From an uncultured Actinomycetes bacterium (GTDB lineage Bacteria > Actinomycetota > Thermoleophilia > Solirubrobacterales > Solirubrobacteraceae), in the NCBI GenBank assembly GCA_963795505.1, contig CAWCIB010000002.1, positions 7,480-71,479 on the forward strand: a stretch of 64,000 nucleotides of DNA. The letters run 5' to 3'. The translations under genes and the position numbers were made by a program. The notes beneath the pieces were generated by a model, which was not told the DNA's origin, searched no databases, and saw only the letters and a list, made by a program, of their open reading frames with translations. Position 1 is the stretch's first letter. Every line of letters begins with the position of its first letter. Shown here in pieces: positions 1 to 8,789 of this stretch.

Positions 1-822
1 GTTCATCACCGCTAGCCCCTTCCACCAAGGCATCGACGAGAATGGGCTCTTGGCAAGGGTCCGAAGCGCGGTCGGGACGCTGCGCCTCTCGCCAGTCTGC
101 ACCTGCGAGGCCCCGTACATGATCAACCGCCCCCCTTGTCGGAGCAACTGGTAATCCTTGCGGAAGCTCGACGGCCCAAGGGCGTCGAAGGCCACGTCGA
201 GCCCCTCGCCCCCGGTGATCCGGCGCACCTCATAGGCGAAGTCCTGGCTGCGGTAGTCGATCGCATAGTCGACCCCCTGCTCGCGGATCGCGTCGTGCTT
301 CGAGGCCGACGCGGTGCCGAATACCTCGGCGCCGATGCGCTTGGCGATCTGCGTTGCCGAGATCCCTACCCCGCCAGCGGCAGCGTGGATCAGGATCCGC
401 TCGCCCTTCTTTATCCCTGCCATCACGACCAGACCCGCCTGGGCGGTCGCGTAGTTGACCGGGAAGGCGGCGCCCTCCTCGAAGGAAAGCTGCTTGGGCA
501 ACTCGTAGACCATGTTCTCGCGCACTGTGACCAGCTCGGCCTGGCCGTTAAAGCGCGTGCCGGCGAGCACCCGATCGCCCGGCTTGACCGACTCCACCCC
601 CTCTCCCACTGACTCGACCTCGCCCGCCACCTCGTAGCCGACGACGCAGGGTACCTTCGGCGAGTCTGGGTACAGCCCGGTTCGAGCAAGGGTGTCAGCA
701 AAGTTGATCCCCGCCGCCTTAACCGTGATTCGAACCTCACCCGGCCCCACCGGCGGGTCGGGCCGCTCCTGGACCTTCAGGACCTCGGGGCCCCCGTGCT
801 CGGTGATCACTACCGCCCGCAT
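1..822 (-). CDS. Zinc-independent MDR / NADPH:quinone oxidoreductase (VAT-1-like), 3' end runs off window
   Basis: Manual translation from ATG at 822: MRAVVITEHGGPEVLKVQERPDP...AAGINFAD...VGYEVAG...ILIHAAAGGVG; missing from the ORF track because it has no stop in the window. Confidence 0.85.
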   Translation of the reverse strand, partial: MRAVVITEHGGPEVLKVQERPDPPVGPGEVRITVKAAGINFADTLARTGLYPDSPKVPCVVGYEVAGEVESVGEGVESVKPGDRVLAGTRFNGQAELVTVRENMVYELPKQLSFEEGAAFPVNYATAQAGLVVMAGIKKGERILIHAAAGGVGISATQIAKRIGAEVFGTASASKHDAIREQGVDYAIDYRSQDFAYEVRRITGGEGLDVAFDALGPSSFRKDYQLLRQGGRLIMYGASQVQTGERRSVPTALRTLAKSPFSSMPWWKGLAVMN

Positions 823-1005
823 CGCGCCGGGACTCTATGCGAATCCGAGGCGCCGCAAGCCCGCCTCAGTCCCCCCGGGCGCCTACTCGAGCAGTCCCGA
901 GCCGAGACCCGCTTTGCTCTCTCCCGCAATACTTCAAGCCGCTCCTCTCCCGGTCCCGCTAAGGTCAGACTGCAAGCTCGCTAACTCGCTCGGCCGGGAG
1001 CCCAG

Positions 1006-1458
1006 CTAATCGATTATCGGAGCTGCCGCAGCCTCCTCGACGCCGAGGGCGGCCATCTGCTCGCACGCACGCGCGACCTTCTGGCTGTCCTCGTACGCGT
1101 GGAAGTAGGCGACACGTCCGTTCCGGATCCTGAACACGTGGGTTCCCGTGTTGACGTACGGCTCGCCAGCCGCCGGCGTGACGTGGCCGATCCACTCGGC
1201 TGCGCCCCAAATGTCCCATGGAGGTCCGGAGGAGATCACGCGCCCGACCTCAAAGTGCATCTGCGGGCAGAGCCGGAACAGCCGCTCGAACCACCGCTCG
1301 ACGGCCTCGCGGCTGTGCCGCTGCCCACCGAGCGCAGAGTCGCCGGCGAACACGTGGTGGACGTCGGGAGCCAGCTGGGCGACCACCGCCTTGTAGTCCC
1401 CGGCGCTCAGGCGCGCGAAGTTCGACTCCACCCTTCGCCGGACCAGGGCTCGATACAC
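1006..1458 (-). CDS. SnoaL-like / NTF2-family protein
   Basis: Pattern LAPDVHHVFAGDSALGGQRHSREAVERWFERL...HVFRIRNGRVAYFHAYED; TATGGT 6 nt upstream of the GTG start. Confidence 0.8.
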   Translation of the reverse strand: MYRALVRRRVESNFARLSAGDYKAVVAQLAPDVHHVFAGDSALGGQRHSREAVERWFERLFRLCPQMHFEVGRVISSGPPWDIWGAAEWIGHVTPAAGEPYVNTGTHVFRIRNGRVAYFHAYEDSQKVARACEQMAALGVEEAAAAPIID

Positions 1459-1623
1459 GCCGCGACCATATCTGAGCCGATCGACCCCCGTTCTGCTTTG
1501 CGCTAGCGACGAGCATCGCGAGCGAGCTCGCGGCCGTCCGCGACGCTGTTGGCTAGCGACGCCGCCTAGGTACTGCCGCCGGCCGCGCGGCCACGCACCT
1601 GGACGCGGCCGCGCGATCTCGCC

Positions 1624-2238
1624 CTAGCCGTACAACTCGATGAAGAACGCAAGCGGCGCGGGACTGCCGCTGGTATTGACCGTTTCCACCGAGGCCTGGG
1701 TATTCGCCGGACACGCGCCTACAGCTTGGGGCACGAACAGGCCCTCCCCGGGCGTCAGGCCCCCGAGGTCGGGCGTTACCTGGGCGCCCGTGGGCGTGAA
1801 CGGGAGCCCGCTGAAGCAATAGATGTTGCTAGAGCCACCGACGACGGTAACCGAGCCCACATTCTTGGAGTCCGCCTGATTGATCACCCCCGTCGTGCTG
1901 ACCCGCGCGAATGCGACGGGCTGGGCACTCCCGGCCGTGGCTGCGCTTGCCGCGCTGGCGGCACTCCCCGCGCTCGTGGCGTACGTTGCGCTTGCCGCGC
2001 TGCCGGCACTCGTCGCGCTCGTGGCATGCGTTGCGTTGACCGCATTGGTGGCGTTCGCGATCGTCGCGTTCTTGTTGAGCTTCTTCGTCGTCACCGCACC
2101 GTTCTTTAACCGCTTTGTCCCGACGCTGTTCGTCGGGAGCTTGAACGCCGCATATCCGGTGCCGCCCATCGCGATCAGCAGTGCGATGGTCGCAATGATC
2201 AGCGCCGGGCTGGGTCGCCGGGGCCTGAACCTGGTCAT
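1624..2238 (-). CDS. Exported protein with A-x-x tripeptide low-complexity stalk
   Basis: AGGAGG upstream of ATG 2238; signal-like RRPSPALIIATIALLIAMGGTGYAA; repeat ATNAVNATHATSATSAGSAAS... Confidence 0.7.
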   Translation of the reverse strand: MTRFRPRRPSPALIIATIALLIAMGGTGYAAFKLPTNSVGTKRLKNGAVTTKKLNKNATIANATNAVNATHATSATSAGSAASATYATSAGSAASAASAATAGSAQPVAFARVSTTGVINQADSKNVGSVTVVGGSSNIYCFSGLPFTPTGAQVTPDLGGLTPGEGLFVPQAVGACPANTQASVETVNTSGSPAPLAFFIELYG

Positions 2239-2659
2239 CGTGGTCCTCCTGTTGTTTGAGTCTGCTCGACGCGCCTGCACCCCCTAAATGATGATTCAAC
2301 CATCTAGTCGGGCTATCCGCTCAGGGTCAAGACGACAGCGGCCAAGACTCGCGAGGAGCGATACCCGCCGCGATGAACCACCCCGGGTCACAGCCCGGCG
2401 GCGGTTGCGAGACCGTCTTGCTCACGCCACCGTACTTCGCGCTGTTCCATCCGAATGCCGGGATCGCGCGGAAACCAGAAGCGAACGTCGGTCCGGTTAC
2501 AGTGCCCGTCTGATCGAAAGGTAGCTATCGCCAGAGAGGCGGGCCATGTTGCTAATGCGGGTGATGGCAATCGCGCGCGAGGCCACACGAAAAAAGTCAC
2601 AACTTCGAGGCTAGCTTTCAGATAGGGTCGGTGGATGGACCACAACAATGGAGGCGGCG

Positions 2660-2920
2660 ATGCATGCGGTGCTCGTGAATGTAAAGCTCTCGGATAACCC
2701 CGACCCCACGATTCTGCGCGAGCAGGTCGTGCCGCGGGTCAAGGAGCTTCCCGGCTTTGTGGCCGGCTATTGGACCCGAGGCGACGGGGTGGGACGATCG
2801 ATGGTCGTGTTTGATTCAGAGGAGAACGCGCAGGCCGCGTCCGACCTAGTGCCGTCGCTGATTCCTTCTGGAACCACCGTCGAGAGCAATGAGGTGAGCG
2901 AGGTAGTCGCACAGGCTTAG
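2660..2920 (+). CDS. Small dimeric alpha-beta barrel (ABM-like) hypothetical protein
   Basis: GGAGG before ATG 2660; VVPRVKELPGFVAGYW...GRSMVVFDSEENAQAA pattern. Confidence 0.7.
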   Translation: MHAVLVNVKLSDNPDPTILREQVVPRVKELPGFVAGYWTRGDGVGRSMVVFDSEENAQAASDLVPSLIPSGTTVESNEVSEVVAQA

Positions 2921-3082
2921 CGACGAGCAGTCGTGCTGGCCGCCCCCGTGGTCATCTCTGACAGATGCCCTGAAGCAACCCGCTGTCGTAATTGATCGAC
3001 GACCAGCACTCTGGAGATGTGTCTGGCTGGCGAATGCGTCGCCAACCGAGAGCGATCCGCTCGGAATGCTGACGCCTCCTGT

Positions 3083-3115
3083 CACGCGATAGGAGGCGGC
3101 GGGACATGCCAGCGC
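3083..3115 (+). repeat. 33-bp direct repeat, copy 1 (partner 4785-4817)
   Basis: cacgcgataggaggcggcgggac is identical in both copies (23 bp), followed by atgccagcgc here versus ttgctagcgc. Confidence 0.85.
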
Positions 3116-3232
3116 TGGCGAGTGCCTTCGTCGCAAAGCACGCGTCCGAGCGGAGCGCCTTCAAGCGATGAAGGCGAGCGCGCGGCTTGCTGTCGCGCTC
3201 TGCAGCAGCGAGTCGGGTTGCCGGGTGTGGTG

Positions 3233-4099
3233 TCAGTGTCCGTAGTCGGTGGTGACGGGACCGAGCTTGGCCAGGTCGGGATAGTGGTCTGAGGTCCCGA
3301 AGTCCTCGGTCTGTCCAGTCTTGGCGTTGAGGATGACCGTGATCACCGAATTGTGGATTGTGTGTGAGCCCGCTGGGCTGGACTCACGCCTGCTGTATGA
3401 GCCGAACACGCCGGTGGAGCTCCATTTGAAGTGGCCGTGAATGGCGATCAGATAAGCCCAGCTCCAATCGAAGATGAGATCCGGGGAGGCGATCAAGTTG
3501 GCTTCAAATCGCGTCCCCTCAGCATGCTGGATCAAACTCGGATGCGGGTCGCCTCCGCCCGCAATCGCGCTCATCTCGATCCGCCTGATCTGCCGCTCAG
3601 ACAGGTGCGGAGCAGGTGCGGGACGGAATCGAAGAACCCGGAGCTCGTCTCTCATCAACCGGTAGTTGTGCTTGATGCTGGCCGTACGCCAGTTATTCGG
3701 CAGGACCTTGTAAGCCATCGTGATCTGGTAGGTCCCGGGCTGAAGGTCGTCGTACAGGATCAGCGACCAATAGTCGTCTGGGGGGTTCAGGATTACCGAC
3801 GAGTTCGTGAGCGAGCAGGGCACCTTGATTTCGTGAGTCCTGGTGATGGTCTTCCACCCATCAGCCTGACGCAGTTGGAGGAGAAAGCAGGACGAGATCA
3901 GGAGATCCCGGGAGGCCGGCTTGACGATCTTTACCTGAACGCTCTGACCAGCCCGAAGAGTGTGAGAGGGCAGGCGCAGATGCACAGGCGGCGATTGCCC
4001 GGTGCTGGTGGTCGGCCAGGCGGTCGCGGTCGCCGGGGCCACCAACGCCAACGCGCCCAACACGCCCAAACGCCCTCTCCACCTCATCTCCAACAGCAT
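3233..4099 (-). CDS. Hypothetical exported protein (start 4087 or 4099)
   Basis: Signal-like MRWRGRLGVLGALALVAPATATA followed by a long open frame; the upstream part of track ORF 3233..4318 overlaps the YfhO fragment and is probably not coding. Confidence 0.6.
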   Translation of the reverse strand: MLLEMRWRGRLGVLGALALVAPATATAWPTTSTGQSPPVHLRLPSHTLRAGQSVQVKIVKPASRDLLISSCFLLQLRQADGWKTITRTHEIKVPCSLTNSSVILNPPDDYWSLILYDDLQPGTYQITMAYKVLPNNWRTASIKHNYRLMRDELRVLRFRPAPAPHLSERQIRRIEMSAIAGGGDPHPSLIQHAEGTRFEANLIASPDLIFDWSWAYLIAIHGHFKWSSTGVFGSYSRRESSPAGSHTIHNSVITVILNAKTGQTEDFGTSDHYPDLAKLGPVTTDYGH

Positions 4100-4201
4100 A
4101 TGTTTCGGTGCTCCTGTTGCCAAGGCCCTGACGGCCACCTCGGTGATCAGAAGCGCTCTCGCCACGGTAGACACCCGACGCTCGAGTTCAACGGAACGCA
4201 C

Positions 4202-4576
4202 ATGCCCCCGGTCATCGAGACATCGGCACCCTCCCCCCTCAACCGTCGCGCTCGCATAACCACCGCCCGGGTGATCGACAACGGCTCGAACTCCGTCACG
4301 ATCAACGCTGTCGCCCAACAGCCTGGCTATCTGATTCTCGACGATTCCGCCTATCCAGGTTGGAGCACCTACCTAGACGGCCGATCCGTCGATTGGAAAC
4401 CAGCCAACGAGAACTTCCGCGCTGTCGCGCTACCAGCCGGCAGACACGTCGTGCGCTTCCGCTACCGGCCGACGTCCATACTGCTCGGCGCAGTCATCTC
4501 AACGGTCTCCGCGCTCGTGCTCCTAATGCTCGCCGCCGTAGGTATAAGGCGGTCGCACTTCCGTCGCGCGCGCTGA
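4202..4576 (+). pseudogene. Isolated C-terminal domain of a YfhO-family membrane protein
   Basis: GYLILDDSAYPGWSTYLDG...ANENFRAVALPAGRHVVRFRYRP plus a terminal TM helix is the typical YfhO C-terminus; the multi-TM N-terminal part is absent. Confidence 0.7.
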
Positions 4577-4784
4577 ACCGCTCCACACAATCGCGCGAAC
4601 CAGGCTGACATCCCGAAGTGTCGTGCTCTATTGAGCCCGCGCGCCGCAAGGCAAACACGAGAATGACCCAAAGCGGAACGCTCTCGGCGCATGCGTCGAC
4701 CGTCATTTCTGCGAGCTCTAGTCCGCGACCTGCCGAATCGCATGGGCCCGGCGCCCGCGCACTCGGCTCGCCGGCGCATGCCCG

Positions 4785-4817
4785 CACGCGATAGGAGGCG
4801 GCGGGACTTGCTAGCGC
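4785..4817 (+). repeat. 33-bp direct repeat, copy 2 (partner 3083-3115)
   Basis: 31 of 33 positions identical to copy 1. Confidence 0.85.
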
Positions 4818-4890
4818 GGGCGGGGCGGACTCCCGGGCCAGACGACGGTAGGCAGCACCCAGGCTCCAGCCGACGCCCTAATATCGCCAG

Positions 4891-5271
4891 ATGGCAGAGC
4901 ACCGATTTGATCTAGCCGCGTCGTCGCTGCGTGCCGACGCGTCGGACTCGCAGGCGCTGGCTGAGGCGCTCGCGGCAAAGCTAGGCGACGCCCTTCCGGA
5001 TCAGACGAGAACGCGACGCCAGGCCGCGAGGTTCCTGTCTAGGGAAAAGCGCCTAGAGCGCGTCGAGGTGCAGCTCGGTGACGAGACGTTCGTGCTGTCT
5101 CTGGCGGGGGAGACAGCGGAGACGACGCTAGAGAAGACGGTACGAGGAGTCGTCATCAAACGCCAGCAAGTGCCGCTCGATGCGTGGCTGGACGCGCTGA
5201 GCGAAGCGCTCGGTGCTGAAGCTGAGCGGTCAGAGGCCGCGCGCGTGTCGCTTGAACGGCTTCTCGGCTGA
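4891..5271 (+). CDS. Conserved actinobacterial hypothetical protein
   Basis: Coding-like ORF DLAASSLRADASD...KTVRGVVIK...LDAWL...SEAARVSLERLL; GC3-rich codons. Confidence 0.7.
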   Translation: MAEHRFDLAASSLRADASDSQALAEALAAKLGDALPDQTRTRRQAARFLSREKRLERVEVQLGDETFVLSLAGETAETTLEKTVRGVVIKRQQVPLDAWLDALSEALGAEAERSEAARVSLERLLG

Positions 5272-5296
5272 GCTCTTCGCCAGCGTTGGCGATCCG

Positions 5297-6121
5297 TTAG
5301 TCGTTGATGTCGAGGACCGGCATGATGTCCGGCAGCTTCTGATCTGACTCGGCGTGCTCGTTCGGCACTACGGCCGTGCCGATTGCGAAGAACTCGATGA
5401 CGTGGCTGCCCCAGCCGTGGTTGTTCTGGTGGAGCTTCACCTCCACGATTCCTAGGACATCGTCGCCGATCTCCTCGGCCTCTTTCTGCATGCGCTCCAT
5501 CGCCAGCTCACGCGCGTCATACAGAGCCTGGGTGTACTGCTCGAGCTCGACGTTCTGACCTGTCTGACGAAGCGATTGCATCATCCCTCGATGAGCGACG
5601 TGATACACGCAATTGCCCATGACCATGCCTACCGGGCGCTTACCGGTCTGCATCAGCGTCCAAAACGCCTGGCCACTTAGATCGGATGTGAACGGTCGCC
5701 CGTTGGGCGCGCGGTGGACCTTGCCGCCCTTGTGCTTGACAGCGGTGCCGATCGCGATGAACTCCGCCATGTCCGCGCCCCACTCGTAGCGTCCGATGTC
5801 CAGCCGGACTCCGACTATGCCGTCGGCCCCGAGTTGGTCGGCTTCTTCCTCCATGCGCGTCATGGCGAGCTCGCGGGCGGAGTACATCGCTTGGGTGAGA
5901 ACCCCCATCTCCTGGCTCGCCTTCCAGTTGGCTGCCTGAAAGCCGATGTGGTAGATGCTGGAGCCGACCACAAGCCCCACGGGCTCAAAGTCGGCCTTCT
6001 CCACGCACAGGTACTCGTTCACGGAGAGGTCGGAGGTGAACAGCCCACGGGCGTTCATCTCTAGACGCTCACTGGCGTGTGCGGCGAGGCCTTCGGTACT
6101 TGTCGGGTCGTATGTCGGCAT
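5297..6121 (-). CDS. YbjQ/UPF0145 (putative heavy-metal-binding) protein with two domains
   Basis: Two repeats of PVG.V.G...Y..RELAM.RM..EA...G.DG..GV...F.AIGTAV. Confidence 0.85.
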   Translation of the reverse strand: MPTYDPTSTEGLAAHASERLEMNARGLFTSDLSVNEYLCVEKADFEPVGLVVGSSIYHIGFQAANWKASQEMGVLTQAMYSARELAMTRMEEEADQLGADGIVGVRLDIGRYEWGADMAEFIAIGTAVKHKGGKVHRAPNGRPFTSDLSGQAFWTLMQTGKRPVGMVMGNCVYHVAHRGMMQSLRQTGQNVELEQYTQALYDARELAMERMQKEAEEIGDDVLGIVEVKLHQNNHGWGSHVIEFFAIGTAVVPNEHAESDQKLPDIMPVLDIND

Positions 6122-6148
6122 CAGGGGCTCTCCTGAAGGGTTCGTGGA

Positions 6149-7087
6149 CTAGGCACCAACGTTGATCGACATCGCTGGCATCCCCAGCGGGGCCGGATGA
6201 GGCTCATGAGCGCCGAGTCGAATCGCGGTTCCCAGCACGTGCATGGAGACGATGAAGAAGTGCTGCGCGAAACCGATGCTCTCGTACTCGTGGTGGGCGA
6301 TGTCGTGGGTAAGCGTCGAGATGACCATGTCGTTCGCACCCGCCTGGCGCGCCTGACGCGTCACCTCCTCCATCGCGAGATGGCGAGCCGCGTAGACACC
6401 TTCGGTGACCTCGGTCATCTCCTGGTTACCCCACCAGGAGCGCATCATCTGATTGGCCTGCATGCTGAGCGCCACGGCCACCACTGAGGTATGGCCGATA
6501 ACGCTCAGGGTCTCGGCTCCGATGCGGCGCAGCTTGTCGACGTCCTGAGCGGAGAGCGCGCACATCCGCGGCCCGGGACTGTCGCTCCGGGCAAGCGTGG
6601 TCTCGCGTATGGCGGTGCCGAATACCACGTATTCGACGGTTCCTGGTTCGCCGAGAAAGCTGTTAGTCGTCATCTCGATACCGATCACGGCGTCCGCGCC
6701 GGCGAATTCCGCCTCCTGCCGCAGACGGTCAAACGAACGCTCGCGCGACAGATTCCACGGCAGCGCGAACGACGGCATCTCACGGATCCCTCCCCCGTAA
6801 GAGGACCAGCCGTAGTTCTGCCAGCCGTGCTGCACCACCGAGGAGCCCATGATCTGCGCGATCGGCCTCAGACCGGAGGCATGCGCAATCGCATACTCCT
6901 TGGTGCTCAGATCGCTGCTGAAAACCGGCGAGCTCCGCCTGGCAAGCGTCTTCAGACGTTGTTCCGCTCCGAGCGGAATTCCGCCGCGCTGGATGCGGTC
7001 AAGATCAACTGCGGCCGCCTCGCGCTCTTCTGCGCTGAGCGGTGTCGGACGTTTCCCGAATAGTGGCAACAGCTGATGTTCCCACAT
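6149..7087 (-). CDS. YbjQ/UPF0145 protein with two domains (paralog)
   Basis: FSSDLS motif shared with neighbour; RLRQEAEFAGADAVIG...VFGTAI; ARHLAMEEVTRQARQAGA...VLGTAI. Confidence 0.8.
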   Translation of the reverse strand: MWEHQLLPLFGKRPTPLSAEEREAAAVDLDRIQRGGIPLGAEQRLKTLARRSSPVFSSDLSTKEYAIAHASGLRPIAQIMGSSVVQHGWQNYGWSSYGGGIREMPSFALPWNLSRERSFDRLRQEAEFAGADAVIGIEMTTNSFLGEPGTVEYVVFGTAIRETTLARSDSPGPRMCALSAQDVDKLRRIGAETLSVIGHTSVVAVALSMQANQMMRSWWGNQEMTEVTEGVYAARHLAMEEVTRQARQAGANDMVISTLTHDIAHHEYESIGFAQHFFIVSMHVLGTAIRLGAHEPHPAPLGMPAMSINVGA

Positions 7088-7513
7088 CCCGGCCACCGCT
7101 CAGCTAAATGCGCCACCGCTCCCGTCTGGCGTCACGCGGGTTCCACTGTCGCTTGCCCGATCGCATTGCGTGAGAGCCGGTCTCACCTAGGCCGTTCGCC
7201 TCTTGCGGTACAGGGTGGCCGCATGATCCCGTCGCGTTGCGAGCGTGATTTTGTCGTCGGTTTGCGGGGGCCCAAGGACCGCGACTGCTCGTCGATGCCG
7301 CTCCCGGCAGCCCTTCTATGCGGAGGCATGCGTCGTATTGACACATGGATCCGCAAAGAACGGCGGACCCGGCGGGCCGAGCGCTCCACCCGCCGCGCGC
7401 GTCTCCCTTACCTCACCCGGCCCGGCGCTCGCAACCAACGGATAGCACAAGCCGCATGTGTCATTAGCTGCGAGGATTGTGCGCCCGAAGCAATCGCCCA
7501 AAGGAGGCTCCCT

Positions 7514-7933
7514 ATGGCTGAGTTCCCGGCGCCGAAGGACGGACTACTTCTGACGCATTTCATCGTTTCGAACGACGTCGCGCGCTCGCGCCGGTTCTAC
7601 ACCGAGGTGCTCGGCGGCGAGCTTGTGATGGAGGGCGAGCCAACGATCGTTCAGCTCGCCAACGGCTGGGTGATCATCAACGTCGGCGGTGGCCCGACCG
7701 ACGACAAGCCGGCGGTGACCCTCGAGGCGCCCGGCGATCCGAACCTGGTGAGCAGCTTCCTCAACATCCGCGTGTCGGATATCGCGAAGGTCTACGAGGA
7801 TTGGGGTGCGCGCGGCGCCGAGTTTCTCACTGAGCCGAAGGATCACGGCCGCGAGATTCGCTGCTATCTGCGTGACCCGGACGGGCACCTGATCGAGGTG
7901 GGCCAGGCAACGGGAATCCTCGATAGCCCGTGA
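7514..7933 (+). CDS. VOC / glyoxalase-bleomycin resistance family protein
   Basis: AAGGAGG RBS; VSNDVARSRRFYTEVLG...CYLRDPDGHLIEVGQ. Confidence 0.9.
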   Translation: MAEFPAPKDGLLLTHFIVSNDVARSRRFYTEVLGGELVMEGEPTIVQLANGWVIINVGGGPTDDKPAVTLEAPGDPNLVSSFLNIRVSDIAKVYEDWGARGAEFLTEPKDHGREIRCYLRDPDGHLIEVGQATGILDSP

Positions 7934-8079
7934 CGCCTGGAATCACGCGAAAGCGAGCGTCGCGTTAGAGCGGGGTCCGTTCCTGGTCGATTCGCGCTGC
8001 GTCTCGCGACCTTGCTTGGGACGAGCGAGGCGGCATATAGTCGCCATGCCAATCGTGGTACGACCGCTAGGAGGCCTTG

Positions 8080-8376
8080 ATGACTGAAGACGCAGCGAGA
8101 GTCGCCCCGAACGTCTACACGGTGCTATTCGAGAACGAGCGAGTACGACTGCTCGAGGCGCGCCTCAAGCCGGGTGATAGCTCGGCGCTTCACTCGCATC
8201 CGGACTATCTCATCTACAACCTGGAGGACGGCAAGGTCAAGTTTGGCGGCCCTTCTGGGGAAGGCGACGAAGTCGAGCTCAAGGCAGGCGACGTGATGTG
8301 GCGCGATGCGGAAGAACACACCGCCGAGGGCATTGGGTCGACGGACGTTCACGCACTCCTGTTCGAGCTGAAGTAG
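8080..8376 (+). CDS. Cupin domain protein
   Basis: AGGAGG RBS; LFENERVRLLE..LKPG....LHSHP...ELKAGDVMW...H. Confidence 0.85.
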   Translation: MTEDAARVAPNVYTVLFENERVRLLEARLKPGDSSALHSHPDYLIYNLEDGKVKFGGPSGEGDEVELKAGDVMWRDAEEHTAEGIGSTDVHALLFELK

Positions 8377-8499
8377 CCCTATATCGCCTCGGCGCAAGAC
8401 CCGATCCTCGCAATCTCGGGTCTCGCCCAATGCTCACATCCGGACGAAGGCGATCGTGCACTCCGGGCCATGATCGGCGCGAGCTGGCGCGATGCTTTC

Positions 8500-8571
8500 G
8501 TCGCCAACTCAGTCGTCACGCGCGGGAGCGACGGAACGCGCAAAGCAATCGTCCGGACGGCCGCAGTCGCG
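8500..8571 (-). repeat. ~72-bp repeat, inverted partner of 10373-10443
   Basis: Reverse complement aligns to 10373-10443 with about 11 differences in 72 columns (hand alignment). Confidence 0.85.
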
Positions 8572-8789
8572 CTGATGAGTTTGGGCGAGATGGCGCTGCT
8601 GTGGCAGGGCCGCCAGACCTCCGGGCGCCCGGGCGCAGGCGCGGCATCGAGCTCACGGGGGGACGATGACCGGGGTTGGGAGCGCGGCGGCGACATCGAG
8701 TACCAGAGCCCGGAGACGGTCAACGTGCGGCCGATCCGGCCGCTCATGACAGCACAGGCAAACCGCGCTCGCGCCGGTCGGGAAGCGCC

